From assembly GCA_039819385.1 (NCBI GenBank), contig JBCBSC010000012.1, positions 14,371 through 78,370 on the forward strand: a DNA stretch of 64,000 bases, written 5' to 3'. How positions within the stretch are numbered: position 1 is the stretch's first letter; the number at the start of each line of letters is the position of its first letter. The position numbers and the translations under genes were made by a program. The notes under the pieces are model-generated. The model saw nothing but the letters and a program-made list of their open reading frames with translations. It was not told where the DNA came from and made no database searches. The DNA is from Pseudomonadota bacterium (GTDB taxonomy: Bacteria; Pseudomonadota; Gammaproteobacteria; Steroidobacterales; Woeseiaceae). Below are positions 55,945-64,000 of this stretch, one piece after another.

Positions 55945-58689
55945 CTAGGCAGCATCCGGACTCTGTACGAAGCGGCGGTAAAGCCACTTTTCTATTTCAA
56001 GGATGAGCAGCACGGCGACGCCGGCCGCAATGATCCCGCTTCCCTGTAACACGCTGAGCGGGCGAGTGTCGAAGAAGGCGCCCATGAAGGGCATGTAGGT
56101 AAACAGTACCTGCAGCGCCGTCACCGTGCCGACCGCAATCAGCACGGCTGGCGTACCGAGCATACCGCGCCATGTGATGGAGCTGGTCTTCAGGTAGCGG
56201 ACGCTGAACAGGTAGACGATCTCCAGAACGACCAGCGTGTTGACAACTATCGTGCGTGCCTCTTCGATGCCAGCGCCCTGCGCCTGCGCTATCGCGAACA
56301 TGGCAAACAGCGCCCCGAGAAACAACACCGAAACGAAGACCACGCGCCAGATCAGGAAGCGCGACAGGATCGGTTCTCCGGGCAGCCGCGGCGGCCGGCG
56401 CATGACGTCGGGTTCGGTGGGTTCGAACGCCAGCGCGAGGGCTAAGGTTACTGCCGTCACCATGTTGACCCAGAGAATTTGCACGGCCGTGATCGGCAGG
56501 GTAACGCCAAGCAGGATAGCCGCGATGAGTACCAGTGCCTCGCCGCCGTTGGTCGGCAGAATGAAGAGCACCGACTTCTTCAGATTGTCGTACACGGTGC
56601 GCCCCGCGCGCACGGCCTCGACAATCGTCGCGAAGTTGTCGTCGGCCAGGACCATCTCGGATACTTCTTTTGCCGCCTCGCTGCCGTTGCGTCCCATCGC
56701 GATGCCGACGTCGGCGCGTTTCAGCGCGGGGGCGTCGTTGACGCCGTCGCCGGTCATCGCAACCACTGCTCCTTCTGCCTGCAGCGAGGTAACCAGCCGC
56801 AGTTTGTGGCCAGGACTCGTGCGGGCGAACACGGCCGTTTCGCGAACCCGGTGCCGCAGCGTCTGGTCGTCCAGCGTGTCGAGGTCCTGTCCAGTGAGAA
56901 TCGTTTCGGGGTTCGCCAGTCCGAGCTGCCTTGCGATGGCGGCAGCCGTGCCCGCGTGATCTCCCGTGATCATCTTTACGCCGATACCGGCCGACTGGCA
57001 CTCCGCAACCGCCGCGATGGCTTCCTCGCGCGGCGGGTCGATCAGCCCGAACAGACCCAGGAACGTGAGGTCGTTTTCGACGTCGTCGAAGCTCAGAACC
57101 GTGTGCCCGGGCCCGCTCGTCTTCACGGCGATCGCGAGCACGCGCTGGCCGTTGGCGGCAATGGTTTCCACCTGCGAGTGCCAGTAGTCCGCGTCGATCG
57201 GGACGTCGCCGTCGAAATCGCGCTGCTTCGCGCACATCTCCAGAATACGTTCCGGGGCCCCCTTGACGTAAATCATGCCGTTGCCGTCGTGGTCGTGGTG
57301 CAGCGTCGCCATGAAGCGATGCTCGGCATCGAACGGAATTACGTCGGTTCGCGGAGAGCGCCTGGTTTCGGTATTAGGGTCGAGGCCCGCTTTGCGGGCC
57401 ACCGTTACCAGCGCTCCCTCCATGGGGTCGCCTTCGATAAGCCACCGGCTTTTGACCTTACGCAAGCCAGCGTCGTTGCACAGCATCGCACCCCTTGCGA
57501 CCTCCGAAAGCAGCGGATAGTCGGCGATGTCGACGTCGCTGTCGTCCAAAGCGAAGCTCCCCACCGGTTCGTAGCCGACACCGCTTACGGTAAACAGCCG
57601 TTTGGCGGTTGCGATCGATACGACGGTCATTTCGTTGCGGGTCAGCGTGCCGGTCTTGTCGGAGCAGATCACGGAAACCGAGCCGAGCGTCTCGATGGCG
57701 GGAAGGCGGCGGACAATGGCGTTGCGCCGCGCCATGCCCTGTACCCCGATCGCAAGGGTAATGGTAAGGATGGCCGGAAGACCTTCCGGGATGGCGGCCA
57801 CCGTCAGGCCGACCACGGCCATGAACGTGTCGCTGAAGCCGTACTCGCGCACGAACACGGCAAATGCGAGAACAACGGCAGCCAGCCCCAGAATAAAACC
57901 CGTCAGCCATTTGGCGAACACGGCCATCTGCCGGGTGAGGGGCGTTTGCAGCGTCGTCACTTCGGACAGCATGCCGCTAATGTGCCCGATAGCCGTACGC
58001 GCGCCGGTGCCCACTACCACACCCCGCCCGTTGCCGTAGGTTACGAGCGTGCCGCTGAACGCCATCGAGCTGCGGTCGCCGAGCGGCACGCTTTCCCCGA
58101 CCGGCAGCGTACCCTTTTCGACCGCAACGGATTCGCCGGTGAGTATGGCTTCCTCGATCTTCAGGTTTTTGGTGTCGAACAGCCGTATGTCCGCCGGCAC
58201 GCGTTCGCCGGCTTTCAGCAACACGACATCGCCGGGCACGAGTTCGTCGCCCGGCACGGTTCTGCGATCGCCTTTGCGAATCACCGTGGCCTTGGGCGCC
58301 AGCATGTCCCGAATGGCTTCGAGCGCTTTTTCGGCTTTGCCTTCCTGGATGAAGCCAATAACGGCGTTGATGACCACGACGGCGAGAATGACTTGCGTAT
58401 CGACCCAGTGCTCGAGGAGGGCTGTCATGACGGCCGCGGCCAGCAGCACATAGATCAGAACGTCGTGGAACTGGGCGAGAAATCGCTGTATCGCGCCGCG
58501 CCGCTTCGGCGGCGGTAGTCGATTCGGCCCGATTCGGGTGAGGCGTTCGCTTGCTTGTGAGTCGCTTAAGCCTTCCCCGCTGCTGTCCTGAGCCGCGAGC
58601 GCATCGGCTGCCGGCATTGCGTGCCAGCGATCGCCGTCAGTTGCCGGGGCCGCATCGGCTCCCGCATGATTTTTCGCCGGAACAAGCAA
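55945..58689 (-). CDS. Cation-transporting P-type ATPase (P2-type, Ca2+/Mg2+-like)
   Basis: TGES, PEGLPA, ICSDKTGTLT, MITGDH and TGDGVNDAPALKRADVGIAMG motifs. Ten-TM layout. Confidence 0.93.
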   Translation of the reverse strand: MLVPAKNHAGADAAPATDGDRWHAMPAADALAAQDSSGEGLSDSQASERLTRIGPNRLPPPKRRGAIQRFLAQFHDVLIYVLLAAAVMTALLEHWVDTQVILAVVVINAVIGFIQEGKAEKALEAIRDMLAPKATVIRKGDRRTVPGDELVPGDVVLLKAGERVPADIRLFDTKNLKIEEAILTGESVAVEKGTLPVGESVPLGDRSSMAFSGTLVTYGNGRGVVVGTGARTAIGHISGMLSEVTTLQTPLTRQMAVFAKWLTGFILGLAAVVLAFAVFVREYGFSDTFMAVVGLTVAAIPEGLPAILTITLAIGVQGMARRNAIVRRLPAIETLGSVSVICSDKTGTLTRNEMTVVSIATAKRLFTVSGVGYEPVGSFALDDSDVDIADYPLLSEVARGAMLCNDAGLRKVKSRWLIEGDPMEGALVTVARKAGLDPNTETRRSPRTDVIPFDAEHRFMATLHHDHDGNGMIYVKGAPERILEMCAKQRDFDGDVPIDADYWHSQVETIAANGQRVLAIAVKTSGPGHTVLSFDDVENDLTFLGLFGLIDPPREEAIAAVAECQSAGIGVKMITGDHAGTAAAIARQLGLANPETILTGQDLDTLDDQTLRHRVRETAVFARTSPGHKLRLVTSLQAEGAVVAMTGDGVNDAPALKRADVGIAMGRNGSEAAKEVSEMVLADDNFATIVEAVRAGRTVYDNLKKSVLFILPTNGGEALVLIAAILLGVTLPITAVQILWVNMVTAVTLALALAFEPTEPDVMRRPPRLPGEPILSRFLIWRVVFVSVLFLGALFAMFAIAQAQGAGIEEARTIVVNTLVVLEIVYLFSVRYLKTSSITWRGMLGTPAVLIAVGTVTALQVLFTYMPFMGAFFDTRPLSVLQGSGIIAAGVAVLLILEIEKWLYRRFVQSPDAA

Positions 58690-58908
58690 CCGTCCTTCCC
58701 CGTCACATAAGCTGCTGACAGTACGAGCAGCCTTGCAGCCAGTTCACGCGCTCTTCGACCGTGGCGCTGGCTTTGCGCGGCTCGCACAACCCCAATTTCA
58801 AGCTACTGTGAACGCGCTTGGCGGAACATCCGTATTAACCACTGCGGTATCCGCGGTTTCGGCGCGGAAACCGCTGCATCCGAGGAACCGTTATCATGGG
58901 AGGCTTTC

Positions 58909-59718
58909 GTGCCGACAGACGATCAGGTTGAACGATCCATGAGCAGACTCAGCAACAAAACGGCCGTCGTGACCGGAGCGGCGCGAGGTATCGGCGAAGC
59001 GATTGCCCGCGCGTTCAGCGAGGAGGGCGCGGAGCTTGTCGTCACGGATATTGACGAGCAAGGAGGCCGCGCGGCGGCCGCGCGTCTGGGCGCGGACTTC
59101 GAGAAACTCGACGTTCGCGTCGAGTCCGATTGGGAGCGCGTGCTGAAAAAACTGCATCGGTTGGATGTGCTGGTAAACAACGCCGGAGTTACGGGCTTCG
59201 AATCAGGCTGGGTCGAGCACGATCCCGAGCACGCTTCGCTCGAGGACTGGCGAGCCGTACATCGCACAAACCTCGACGGCGTTTTTCTCGGCTGTAAATA
59301 TGCGATCAGGGCGATGCGCGCCGCCGGATCCGGTTCGATCATCAACATTTCCTCGCGTTCCGGTCTGGTCGGCATTCCGGCCGCAAGTGCCTACGCCTCG
59401 TCGAAAGCGGCGGTCAGGAATCATACGAAATCGGTGGCGCTGTACTGTGCGGAGCAAGGCCTGAACATCCGCTGCAACTCCATTCACCCGGCGGCGATCC
59501 TTACGCCCATGTGGGAACCGATGCTGGGTGACGGTCCGGAGCGCGCGGACAGGATGGCTGCGATCGTGAAAGACACGCCGATGCAGCGCTTCGGCAAGCC
59601 GCAGGAAGTGGCTGCAATCGCCGTGCTGCTGGCGTCGGATGAAGCCGCCTATATGACGGGCACGGAGCTGAATATCGACGGCGGGATACTGGCGGGTTCG
59701 GCTGCGTCGCCGACTTGA
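58909..59718 (+). CDS. SDR-family oxidoreductase
   Basis: GTG preceded by [18 protein letters not shown] and YASSKAAV motifs. Confidence 0.88.
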   Translation: MPTDDQVERSMSRLSNKTAVVTGAARGIGEAIARAFSEEGAELVVTDIDEQGGRAAAARLGADFEKLDVRVESDWERVLKKLHRLDVLVNNAGVTGFESGWVEHDPEHASLEDWRAVHRTNLDGVFLGCKYAIRAMRAAGSGSIINISSRSGLVGIPAASAYASSKAAVRNHTKSVALYCAEQGLNIRCNSIHPAAILTPMWEPMLGDGPERADRMAAIVKDTPMQRFGKPQEVAAIAVLLASDEAAYMTGTELNIDGGILAGSAASPT

Positions 59719-59771
59719 AAGACGAAGTGAGCCCCGATACCGCGTTACGGTTGCGACGGCGGGTGACCAGA

Positions 59772-59801
59772 TGGATAAAGGGGCCGTGGATAAAGGGGCC
59801 G
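59772..59801. repeat. Two tandem copies of TGGATAAAGGGGCCG
   Basis: Read directly in the intergenic region. Confidence 0.8.
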
Positions 59802-59985
59802 GGTTTATTTACCGAAGATGTGTAGGGTCTAGTTACGAACCCATCTGGTTTTCGTCTTGCCGCAGCATGGCGAGTGAGGCGCCTGAACCAGCCGCGTACC
59901 TGATATCATGCAAGCCGACTGCAACAGACGGGCAGTCGGGTAATTCGGGCGCGGGAACTACCAGTAAAAGTCGGAGCATTGTCAA

Positions 59986-60594
59986 ATGCATCGAATCCGA
60001 GGCACAACCGCAGTTCTTCTCGCTGCTCTGGTTGGACTAACGCCTTCCGTGAGCTTTGCAACAGACCCTGATCGCGGGACCTTGCGAGACATGTTCGACC
60101 GTGCTGCCGAATACAGCGACAACGGCGACTCACTCAGAGCGATCATCGTTCACGACCTGATGCTGCGAGCGTTCTCGAGGACCGGCAACCGCAAGGCTAC
60201 TCAGGCCGTGTGCAGGAATCTGACTTCCAGCGTGCCTGCCGAAGACGTCGAGCACTTCAATTTGTCGTTTTGGCAGTGCGCCGAAGACGAGTTGACGGAC
60301 TGGCTTGGGAGCATTGAAGACTACAGATCGATCGAACCTGTCCTGATTCGTGCGACACGCCCGCGGTTTCCACCGCGGACGGACATCCCGGAAGGATTCG
60401 TCGATCTTTCGTTCGATATCTCCGCAACCGGTGAAGTCGAGAACATCGACGTGAATGTCAGCTCCAGTCCTGTCTGGGAGGCGCTTGCAATCGAAGCGGT
60501 TGAGCAGTGGAAGTACTCGCCCGCGCGTTTCGAAGGCAAGCCCGTTAGAAACGCAGGCATGACTCAGAGAATAACGTTTCGGTTCGAGCAGTAG
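59986..60594 (+). CDS. Secreted protein with a TonB-C-like C-terminal domain
   Basis: Signal peptide. C-terminus PRFPPRTDIPEGFVDLSFDISATGEVENIDV...AVEQWKYSPARFEGKPV. Confidence 0.7.
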   Translation: MHRIRGTTAVLLAALVGLTPSVSFATDPDRGTLRDMFDRAAEYSDNGDSLRAIIVHDLMLRAFSRTGNRKATQAVCRNLTSSVPAEDVEHFNLSFWQCAEDELTDWLGSIEDYRSIEPVLIRATRPRFPPRTDIPEGFVDLSFDISATGEVENIDVNVSSSPVWEALAIEAVEQWKYSPARFEGKPVRNAGMTQRITFRFEQ

Positions 60595-60755
60595 CCATGC
60601 CGAGGAGGCGGGGCAGATTCACCTGGAGGCAGCAGCCTTTTCCGGCCTGTCCCGCAGCGTGGTGTGTCCTGCCGGGTCGAACGATCGACTGAGGAGTTTG
60701 TCGGAGTGAAACGGGACACAGAATTCCGAAATCGATCTCCCGGGGGAGCAAGATA

Positions 60756-61652
60756 ATGGCGCAATCGTATCGGCAAACACTCCTGATTCTGCTTATGCTT
60801 TCAACGTGGACCTCTGCTGACGAAGCACCGTCCGATCATCGTCCTGTCATTTCGCCGGACGGTGAGACCGTTGTATTCATGTCGACGCGGGAAGGCGGCG
60901 ATTGGGAGTTGTTTTCGATCAGCACCGAAGGCAAGGAACTCAAACGCCTTACCGAGCACGAAGGATGGGATGGCTACGCCGTATGGTCCCCCGATAGCGG
61001 CTCTTTCCTGTTCCAGCGCGATATTGACGATTCGCGCGGCGCCTATCGCTACGATGTCGTAACCGGCCGGATAAGTCCCTTTGTCGTCATGCACGATGCC
61101 AACGTATCGGCCAGCGGATGGTCGGACAGCGCCGGCGAGGTTGTTCTGTTTGTCGAGCGCAATGAGAAGCGTGACCTGTACCTCTCCGATACCGTCGGTG
61201 CGAATCTGCGGCGGCTCACCGATACGCCGGATGCGAACGAACATGACGCGCATTTTTCGCCCGACGGCCGCAAGCTTGCGTTTGCCGTCGTTTTCGACGG
61301 CGGCTCGGCGCTCGACGTAATGGATCTGACGACCGGCGAAGTGCAGCGTCACGTCACGTCCACCGAGTATCTCTACGGCCTCGACTGGAGTCCGGACGGA
61401 ACGCAAATCGCGTACACCGACACGCCGAACGACAACCCGGACGGCAATGCGGAGCTGTACGTACTCGATGTGGCCGAAGCCAAGGTACGGCGGCTGACCG
61501 ACGATGAGAACTACGACCACATGCCCGTCTGGCTTCCCGGCGGCCAGGAGATCATGTTCTCGTCGTATGCATCCGGTCGCGAGGAGATTTATATTCTCGC
61601 TCTCGAGGACGGGGGCGTACGGAAGTTTCCGTCCGGCCTGGGCGCGCAATAG
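60756..61652 (+). CDS. PD40/TolB-like beta-propeller protein
   Basis: Signal peptide. Repeated PD40 motifs (ISPDGETVVFMSTREG, WSPDSGSFLF, FSPDGRKLAF, WSPDGTQIAY, WLPGGQEIMFSS). Confidence 0.8.
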   Translation: MAQSYRQTLLILLMLSTWTSADEAPSDHRPVISPDGETVVFMSTREGGDWELFSISTEGKELKRLTEHEGWDGYAVWSPDSGSFLFQRDIDDSRGAYRYDVVTGRISPFVVMHDANVSASGWSDSAGEVVLFVERNEKRDLYLSDTVGANLRRLTDTPDANEHDAHFSPDGRKLAFAVVFDGGSALDVMDLTTGEVQRHVTSTEYLYGLDWSPDGTQIAYTDTPNDNPDGNAELYVLDVAEAKVRRLTDDENYDHMPVWLPGGQEIMFSSYASGREEIYILALEDGGVRKFPSGLGAQ

Positions 61653-61717
61653 CGGCTTTGCGCACACGCAGCCGGTAGGCCGGGCCAAGCCGGCGATTGA
61701 CGTTATGGAGGTGTGAG

Positions 61718-62248
61718 GTGAAGAAGATTCTGGCTATGTTCATCCTGGTTCCAACGGCAGTCCTTGCCGAGCACAAGCCCGAGTTCCAGTCCGTCATTGA
61801 CGAACCGGCCAACATGCTCGATATCGCCATGTTGCGGCTAAACGACTTCATTGCCTGGACCAAGCCGAATATGGCTGGCGAATATCGGATTGCCGCCAAG
61901 TTGGACGAGCCGCGCTATATGGATATCAACGCCAGCTATCTGGCGGAGGAAGGCGTGATTCACATCTCGGCATCGTTGATGGATCTCGAGGCCAGCCGCG
62001 AGCAGATGGAAGCCGGCTGTCGCCGCGTGCTGACGATGCTGAGAATCAACGTGACCAAAGGACTGCATCGTCTCTTTGCGCACGTTGACGGCTCTTTTCA
62101 GCCTTCGGTACACGGCCGGCCTGCAGACCGATCCAGTATGGTGACGCTTAGCTGCCACGTGGCCGGGCAGAACTCCCATGACCGTCGCTTCGGCGGTGCA
62201 ATGTCGCTTGCGCCCGATGCGGAAATGGAGATTCTCGCTGCGGATTGA
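61718..62248 (+). CDS. Hypothetical secreted protein
   Basis: GTG preceded by GGAGG. Signal peptide KKILAMFILVPTAVLA. No recognised domain. Confidence 0.5.
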   Translation: MKKILAMFILVPTAVLAEHKPEFQSVIDEPANMLDIAMLRLNDFIAWTKPNMAGEYRIAAKLDEPRYMDINASYLAEEGVIHISASLMDLEASREQMEAGCRRVLTMLRINVTKGLHRLFAHVDGSFQPSVHGRPADRSSMVTLSCHVAGQNSHDRRFGGAMSLAPDAEMEILAAD

Positions 62249-62272
62249 CGGTCTGCCGATGCGCAAGGAAAT

Positions 62273-62583
62273 TGGTGGGCCCGGTAGGACTCGAACCTAC
62301 GACCAAGGGATTCACTGTACCCATCCGTTTCCGAATGGAGCGGACTATCTCATCACCCTCGACCGGATCGTTAGGGGCGGGACGCTCTAGCCTGTTATTA
62401 AGGACACTGAAGTCCTCAGGTAGTCTCTGCACCGTCCGGCGGTGTACCGCCGGCTTGGCTCAGGGTTGCCAACAGCCGCGCTGCTAAGGTTTCCCTGAAT
62501 TCATCCCGTACTGCCCGACAGCTTTCGCCATCAGCGCACCATTTCGATGAGTCCCCTGCTCTAACCAACTGAGCTACAGGCCC
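62273..62583 (-). tRNA. ileX: tRNA-Ile(CAU) (ileX-type, lysidine tRNA) split by a 234-nt intron; exons 62583..62547 and 62312..62273, encoded CCA
   Basis: The joined exons read GGGCCTGTAGCTCAGTTGGTTAGAGCAGGGGACTCAT+AATCCCTTGGTCGTAGGTTCGAGTCCTACCGGGCCCACCA and fold as a canonical 77-nt cloverleaf. G1-C72 rules out an initiator. The anticodon arm and variable region resemble E. coli tRNA-Ile2 rather than tRNA-Met. Confidence 0.85.
62313..62546 (-). ncRNA. Group I intron (IC3-like, ORF-less) in the tRNA anticodon loop
   Basis: Inserted between U36 and A37 and ends in G. Contains GAATTCAGGGAAACCTTAGC, GGCAACCCTGAGCCAAGCC and GGTGCAGAGACTA, which match conserved core strings of the Azoarcus tRNA-Ile intron as I remember it. 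GNRA-capped helices are present. Confidence 0.85.
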
Positions 62584-62809
62584 ACACTTTCGTCTTGCTT
62601 GCCGGACTTCGCGCAATCGTGCCGTGCACAATTCTGCTGCAGCCTTGTCGCTACGCGACTCCGCCACAGGCCCTCACTTTGTCGTCGCCGCAAGGGCCTC
62701 GACGACGCGGGATTGTAACAAACAATCGGTCAAAGCGGTTGGTGCATTACGTCTTGGATAGGCCAGTAAAGCGGGTATCCGCGAAGCAGGTATTTGCCTA
62801 CTTTCAGGT

Positions 62810-63175
62810 ATGCTCAATTGCTTGATTTGTGAACGTGTTCTTTCGGGCAGGCAACGCCGCTATTGTTCCCGAAAATGTAAAAACGCGAGTACAAACGCGA
62901 AAAATCAACGATATGCTTGCCAGCAGGCTCGTGGTCGCGTTAGAAAACTCAGGCTAATCGAAATGCTTGGCTCGCAGTGTTTCGTCTGCGGGTACAGCAG
63001 AAACTACGCTGCGCTTGAATTTCACCACGAAAAACCATTTTCAAAGGCTTTTGCGCTGGATCTCCGATCACTATCCAATCGACGTTGGGAAGTGATTCTT
63101 CACGAGGTTCGGAAATGCCGGCTATCGTGCTCGAATTGCCATGCAGAGCTGCACAATCCAGGTTGCAAAATGTGA
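62810..63175 (+). CDS. Free-standing HNH endonuclease
   Basis: CxxC (CFVCG)...EFHHEKP...N...CSNCHAELHN is the classic HNH/zinc-ribbon pattern. There is an extra N-terminal CxxC...CxxxC. The gene is visibly AT-richer than its flanks. Confidence 0.85.
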   Translation: MLNCLICERVLSGRQRRYCSRKCKNASTNAKNQRYACQQARGRVRKLRLIEMLGSQCFVCGYSRNYAALEFHHEKPFSKAFALDLRSLSNRRWEVILHEVRKCRLSCSNCHAELHNPGCKM

Positions 63176-63200
63176 AAAAAGCCGGGCAAAGCCCGGCTTC
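63175..63200 (-). terminator. Rho-independent terminator of rpoD, shared convergently with the HNH gene
   Basis: Minus strand reads GCCGGGC-TTT-GCCCGGC followed by TTTTTT. Confidence 0.7.
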
Positions 63201-63223
63201 CTTAATCCACAAATCACCGTCAG

Positions 63224-64000
63224 TTAGTCCTCGATCAGAAAGCTCCGCAGCTGATCCGAACGCGTCGGATGCCGCAGTTTACGCAGCGCCTTCGCCTCGA
63301 TCTGGCGAATACGCTCACGGGTCACGTCGAACTGTTTACCCACCTCTTCGAGCGTGTGATCGGTATTCATATCGATACCGAAGCGCATCCGCAGAACCTT
63401 GGCTTCGCGCGGCGTAAGTCCGGCCAGCACCGAGTGCGTCGTCTCGCGCAGCCCCGACGAGGTGGCCGAATCGACCGGCGAGTGTACGGTCTGGTCCTCG
63501 ATGAAGTCGCCGAGATGTGAATCCTCGTCGTCGCCAATGGGCGTTTCCATCGAGATCGGCTCCTTGGCGATCTTCAGCACCTTGCGCACCTTGTCCTCGG
63601 GCATTTCCATGCGCTCGGCCAGTTCGTCGGGCAGCGGCTCGCGGCCCATCTCCTGCAGCATTTGCCTGGAGATACGGTTGAGCTTGTTGATCGTTTCGAT
63701 CATGTGCACCGGGATACGAATGGTCCGCGCCTGGTCGGCAATCGAACGCGTGATCGCCTGGCGAATCCACCAGGTGGCGTAGGTCGAGAACTTGTAACCG
63801 CGGCGGTATTCGAACTTGTCTACCGCCTTCATGAGGCCAATGTTGCCCTCCTGAATGAGATCCAGGAACTGCAGGCCGCGGTTGGTGTATTTCTTCGCGA
63901 TCGAAATAACCAGACGCAGGTTGGCTTCCACCATTTCCTTCTTGGCACGTCGTGCCTTGGCCTCGCCAATCGACATTTGCCGGTTGATTTCCTTGATCTC
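63224..64000 (-). CDS. rpoD: RNA polymerase sigma-70 factor RpoD, C-terminal regions 2-4 (5' end lies right of the window)
   Basis: The frame is open to base 64000. [59 protein letters not shown] and the region 4.2 string [30 protein letters not shown]. Confidence 0.95.
   Translation of the reverse strand, partial: EIKEINRQMSIGEAKARRAKKEMVEANLRLVISIAKKYTNRGLQFLDLIQEGNIGLMKAVDKFEYRRGYKFSTYATWWIRQAITRSIADQARTIRIPVHMIETINKLNRISRQMLQEMGREPLPDELAERMEMPEDKVRKVLKIAKEPISMETPIGDDEDSHLGDFIEDQTVHSPVDSATSSGLRETTHSVLAGLTPREAKVLRMRFGIDMNTDHTLEEVGKQFDVTRERIRQIEAKALRKLRHPTRSDQLRSFLIED

Noticed and set aside
55997-58518. 412-aa (minus) and 679-aa (plus) ORFs within the P-type ATPase gene
   Set aside because: The ATPase frame carries all canonical P-type motifs. 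The alternatives are Arg/Gly-rich off-frame or antisense products.
58852-58873. Hairpin GCGGTTTC-GGCGCG-GAAACCGC between the P-type ATPase and SDR genes
   Set aside because: No flanking U-tract on either strand and no recognisable riboswitch or leader features. There is not enough evidence to call it a terminator or regulator.
4372-59801. Short tandem repeats (4372-4423, 46087-46110, 59772-59801) considered as CRISPR-like arrays
   Set aside because: The units are contiguous with no spacers and only 2-4 copies of 12-15 nt. No cas genes are present. This is not CRISPR.
62669-62706. Interleaved complementary segments (AGGCCCT…AGGGCCT and GTCGTCG…CGACGAC) suggesting a pseudoknot upstream of the tRNA
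   Set aside because: The stems are short and GC-rich in GC-rich DNA, so this could easily arise by chance. There is no supporting covariation or known motif.

Overview
High-GC chromosomal segment that looks gammaproteobacterial (rpoD, then an opposite-strand gene, then tRNA-Ile2, as I recall for E. coli rpoD-mug-ileX). It is densely packed with about 60 genes and is mostly housekeeping or envelope functions: ileS (5' partial), murI, folE, msrA, pstSCAB, fdxA, rsgA, pxpABC, a P-type ATPase and rpoD (5' partial), plus MscS, EamA, two rhomboid proteases, SDRs and hydrolases. Most other long ORFs in the six-frame track are antisense or off-frame artefacts of the high GC content.

Three things stand out:
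1. **tRNA-Ile(CAU) with a group I intron (62273-62583, minus strand).** The gene is split in its anticodon loop by a 234-nt ORF-less insert carrying a recognisable Azoarcus-type group I intron core. An AT-richer free-standing HNH endonuclease gene is transcribed divergently next to it.
2. **A ~12-kb pair of divergent operons (31388-36785 minus, 38019-43591 plus) around a 1.2-kb ORF-free spacer.** Every product is exported: a Tat-signal phosphatase/sulfatase-like protein, three proteins carrying five CxxCH haem motifs (one with a LamG-like domain, one a TolB/PD40-like propeller), three outer-membrane beta-barrels (including DUF3570) and a DUF4266 lipopeptide. I read this as an uncharacterised envelope redox or capture system.
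3. **Unusual gene couplings.** These are tonB-like-pstSCAB; an NhaR-like LysR gene divergent from an HPF-like-SbtA-like-PII-like operon; a Trm112 ribbon / N2227-like methyltransferase / PqqD-like fusion; and a near-consensus LexA box on a PA0069/SplB-like radical-SAM gene.

No CRISPR array, rRNA, transposase or integrase was seen.
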